Of a stretch of 64,000 nucleotides of DNA, positions 61,125-64,000 are shown in pieces. This DNA is from Heterodontus francisci (Eukaryota), in assembly GCF_036365525.1 (NCBI RefSeq), contig NC_090399.1:61350430-61414429 (forward strand), given 5' to 3'. The notes beneath the pieces are model-generated. The model was not told the origin of the DNA, searched no databases, and saw only the letters and a program-made list of their open reading frames with translations. The number at the start of each line of letters is the position of its first letter. Within the stretch, counting starts at the first letter, position 1. A program made the position numbers and the translations under genes.

Positions 61125-64000
61125 AAAACCAACACAACACAACATAGAGCCCCTGTAAATAAACCCCAACACAACACAGAGCCCCTGGAAATAAACACCA
61201 ACACAACACAGAGCCCCTATAAATAAACACCAACACAACACAGAGCCCCTGTAAATAAACCCCAATAAAACACAGAGCCCCTATAAATAAACCCCAACAT
61301 AACACAGAGCCCCTGGAAATTAACATCAATACAACACAGAGCCCCTGGAAATAAACACCAACACAACACAGAGCCCCTGTAAATAAATCCCAATAAAACA
61401 CAGAGCCCCTATAAATAAACACCAACACAAAACAGAGCCCCTGGAAATAAACCCCAACACAACACAGAGCCCCTATAAATAAACACCAACACAACACAGA
61501 GCCCCTGTAAATAAATCCCAATAAAACACAGAGCCCCTATAAATAAACACCAACACAAAACAGAGCCCCTGGAAATAAACCCCAACACAACACAGAGCCC
61601 CTATAAATAAACCCCAGCACAACACAGAGCCCCTATAAATAAACCCCAACATAACACAGAGCCCCTGGAAATTAACACCAATACAACACAGAGCCCCTGT
61701 AAATAAACACCAACACAACACAGAGCCCCTGTAAATAAACCCCAATAAAACACAGAGCCCCTATAAATAAACACCAACACAAAACAGAGCCCCTGGAAAT
61801 AAACCCCAACACAACACAGAGCCCCTATAAATAAATCCCAGCACAACACAGAGCCCCTATAAATAAACCCCAACATAACACAGAGCCCCTGGAAATTAAC
61901 ACCAATACAACACAGAGCCCCTGAAAATAAACACAACACAACACAGAGCCCCTGTAAATAAACACAACACAACACAGAGCCCCTGTAAATAAACCCCAAT
62001 AAAGCACAGAGCCCCTATAAATAAACACCAACACAAAACAGAGCCCCTGGAAATAAACCCCAACACAACACAGAGCCCCTATAAATAAACCCCAGCACAA
62101 CACAGAGCCCCTGTAAATAAACCCCAACATAACACAGAGCCCCTGGAAATTAACACCAATACAACACAGAGCCCCTGTAAATAAACACCAACACAACACA
62201 GAGCCCCTGTAAATAAACACCAACATAACAAAGAGCCCCTGGAAATAAACCCCAACACAACACAGAGCCCCTATAAATAAACACCAGCACAACACAGAGC
62301 CCCTATAAATAAACACCAACACAACACAGAGCCCCTATAAATAAACCCCAGCACAACACAGAGCCCCTATAAATAAACCCCAACATAACACAGAGCCCCT
62401 GGAAATTAACACCAATACAACACAGAGCCCCTGTAAATAAACACCAACACAACACAGAGCTCCTGTAAATAAACACAACACAACACAGAGCCCCTGTAAA
62501 TAAACACCAACACAACACAGAGCCCCTGCAAATAAACACAACACAACACAGAGCCCCTGTAAATAAACACAACACAACACAGAGCCCCTGTAAATAAACC
62601 CCAATAAAGCACAGAGCCCCTATAAATAAACCCCAGCACAACACAGAGCCACTGTAAATAAACCCCAACATAACACAGAGCCCCTGGAAATTAACACCAA
62701 TACAACACAGAGCCCCTGTAAATAAACACCAACACAACACAGAGCCCCTGTAAATAAACACCAACACAACACAGAGCCCCTGTAAATAAACCCCAGCACA
62801 ACACAGAGCCCCTATAAATAAACACCAACACAACACAGAGCCCCTGTAAATAAACCCTAGCACAACACAGAGCCCCTGTAAATAAACCCCAATAAAACAC
62901 AGAGCCCCTATAAATAAACCCCAACACAACACAGAGCCCCTATAAATAAACCCCAGCACAACACAGAGCCCCTGTAAATAAACACAACACAACACAGAGC
63001 CCCTGTAAATAAACACCAACACAAAACAGAGCCCCTGGAAATAAACACCAACACAAAACAGAGCCCCTGGAAATAAACCCCAACACAACACAGAGCCCCT
63101 ATAAATAAACCCCAGCACAGCACAGAGCCCCTGTAAATAAACACAACACAACACAGAACCCCTGTAAATAAACACAACACAACACAGAGCCCCTGTAAAT
63201 AAACACAACACAACACAGAGCCCCTGTAAATAAACACAACACAACACAGAGCCCCTGTAAATAAACACCAACACAACACAGAGCCCCTGTAAATAAACCC
63301 CAGCACAACACAGAGCCCCTGTAAATAAACCCCAACACAACACAGAGCCTCTATAAATAAATCCCAACACAACACAGAGCCCCTGTAAATAAACACCAAC
63401 ATAACAAAGAGCCCCTGGAAATAAACCCCAACACAACACAGAGCCCCTATAAATAAACACCAGCACAACACAGAGCCCCTATAAATAAACACCAACACAA
63501 CACAGAGCCCCTATAAATAAACCCCAGCACAACACAGAGCCCCTATAAATAAACCCCAACATAACACAGAGCCCCTGGAAATTAACACCAATACAACACA
63601 GAGCCCCTGTAAATAAACACCAACACAACACAGAGCTCCTGTAAATAAAGACAACACAACACAGAGCCCCTGTAAATAAACACCAACACAACACAGAGCC
63701 CCTGTAAATAAACTCCAGCACAACATAGAGCCCCTATAAATAAACACCAACACAACACAGAGCCCCTGTAAATAAACCCCAGCACAACACAGAGCCCCTG
63801 TAAATAAACCCCAATAAAACACAGAGCCCCTATAAATAAACCCCAACACAACGCAGAGCCCCTATAAATAAACCCCAGCACAACACAGAGCCCCTGTAAA
63901 TAAACACAACACAACACAGAGCCCCTGTAAATAAACACCAACACAAAACAGAGCCCCTGGAAATAAACACCAACACAAAACAGAGCCCCTGGAAATAAAC
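61125..64000. repeat. Minisatellite, 32-bp unit (31-bp variant), about 90 copies, runs off the window end
   Basis: ACAACACAGAGCCCCT(G/A)TAAATAAAC(A/C)CCAAC; spacing of 32 between 61211 and 61243. Confidence 0.98.

Noticed and set aside
60890-61265. Hydrophobic ORFs as a possible MHC leader exon
   Set aside because: The sequence is degenerate repeat, with no convincing phase-1 donor or S-X-Y/ISRE promoter upstream. The leader is probably beyond 64000.
50490-63944. Dozens of MNPKTSTPQRERH and LVFIYRGSVLCW ORFs
   Set aside because: Translations of the two intron 1 minisatellites, with frames shifting at each (GA)n change.

Overview
Repeat-rich vertebrate genomic DNA, almost certainly from a shark or ray, judged from the MHC sequence and the HE1-like and SacSINE1-like SINEs. 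The only host gene I can support is an MHC class I heavy-chain gene on the minus strand. It has six in-frame coding exons with GT-AG, phase-1 junctions: alpha1 50433-50173, alpha2 42808-42536, alpha3 41954-41679, TM 33685-33560, cyt1 32615-32580 and cyt2 32277-32231. Together they give a 339-aa mature protein that keeps the classical peptide-anchoring residues (UAA type). A probable 3'UTR exon runs 30356 to about 27680. The leader exon is not in the window, so intron 1 exceeds 13.5 kb and is almost entirely tandem repeat. The rest is mobile DNA and satellites: a decayed full-length copia (GalEa-like) LTR element with at least six nested insertions, many CR1 fragments, L2, L1/Tx1, a hAT remnant, MITEs, SINEs and several minisatellite arrays. 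Most notable: (i) a CR1-group LINE that carries a tRNA/Deu SINE head, next to a SINE that looks like its internal-deletion derivative; (ii) short Penelope-type insertions with a minimal hammerhead ribozyme core; (iii) minisatellites in the MHC gene that are built from its own splice signals or from CCAAT boxes. Most long ORFs in the ORF track are repeat artefacts. Family names come from my recognition of motifs, not from database searches, and TE boundaries are approximate unless a TSD is given.
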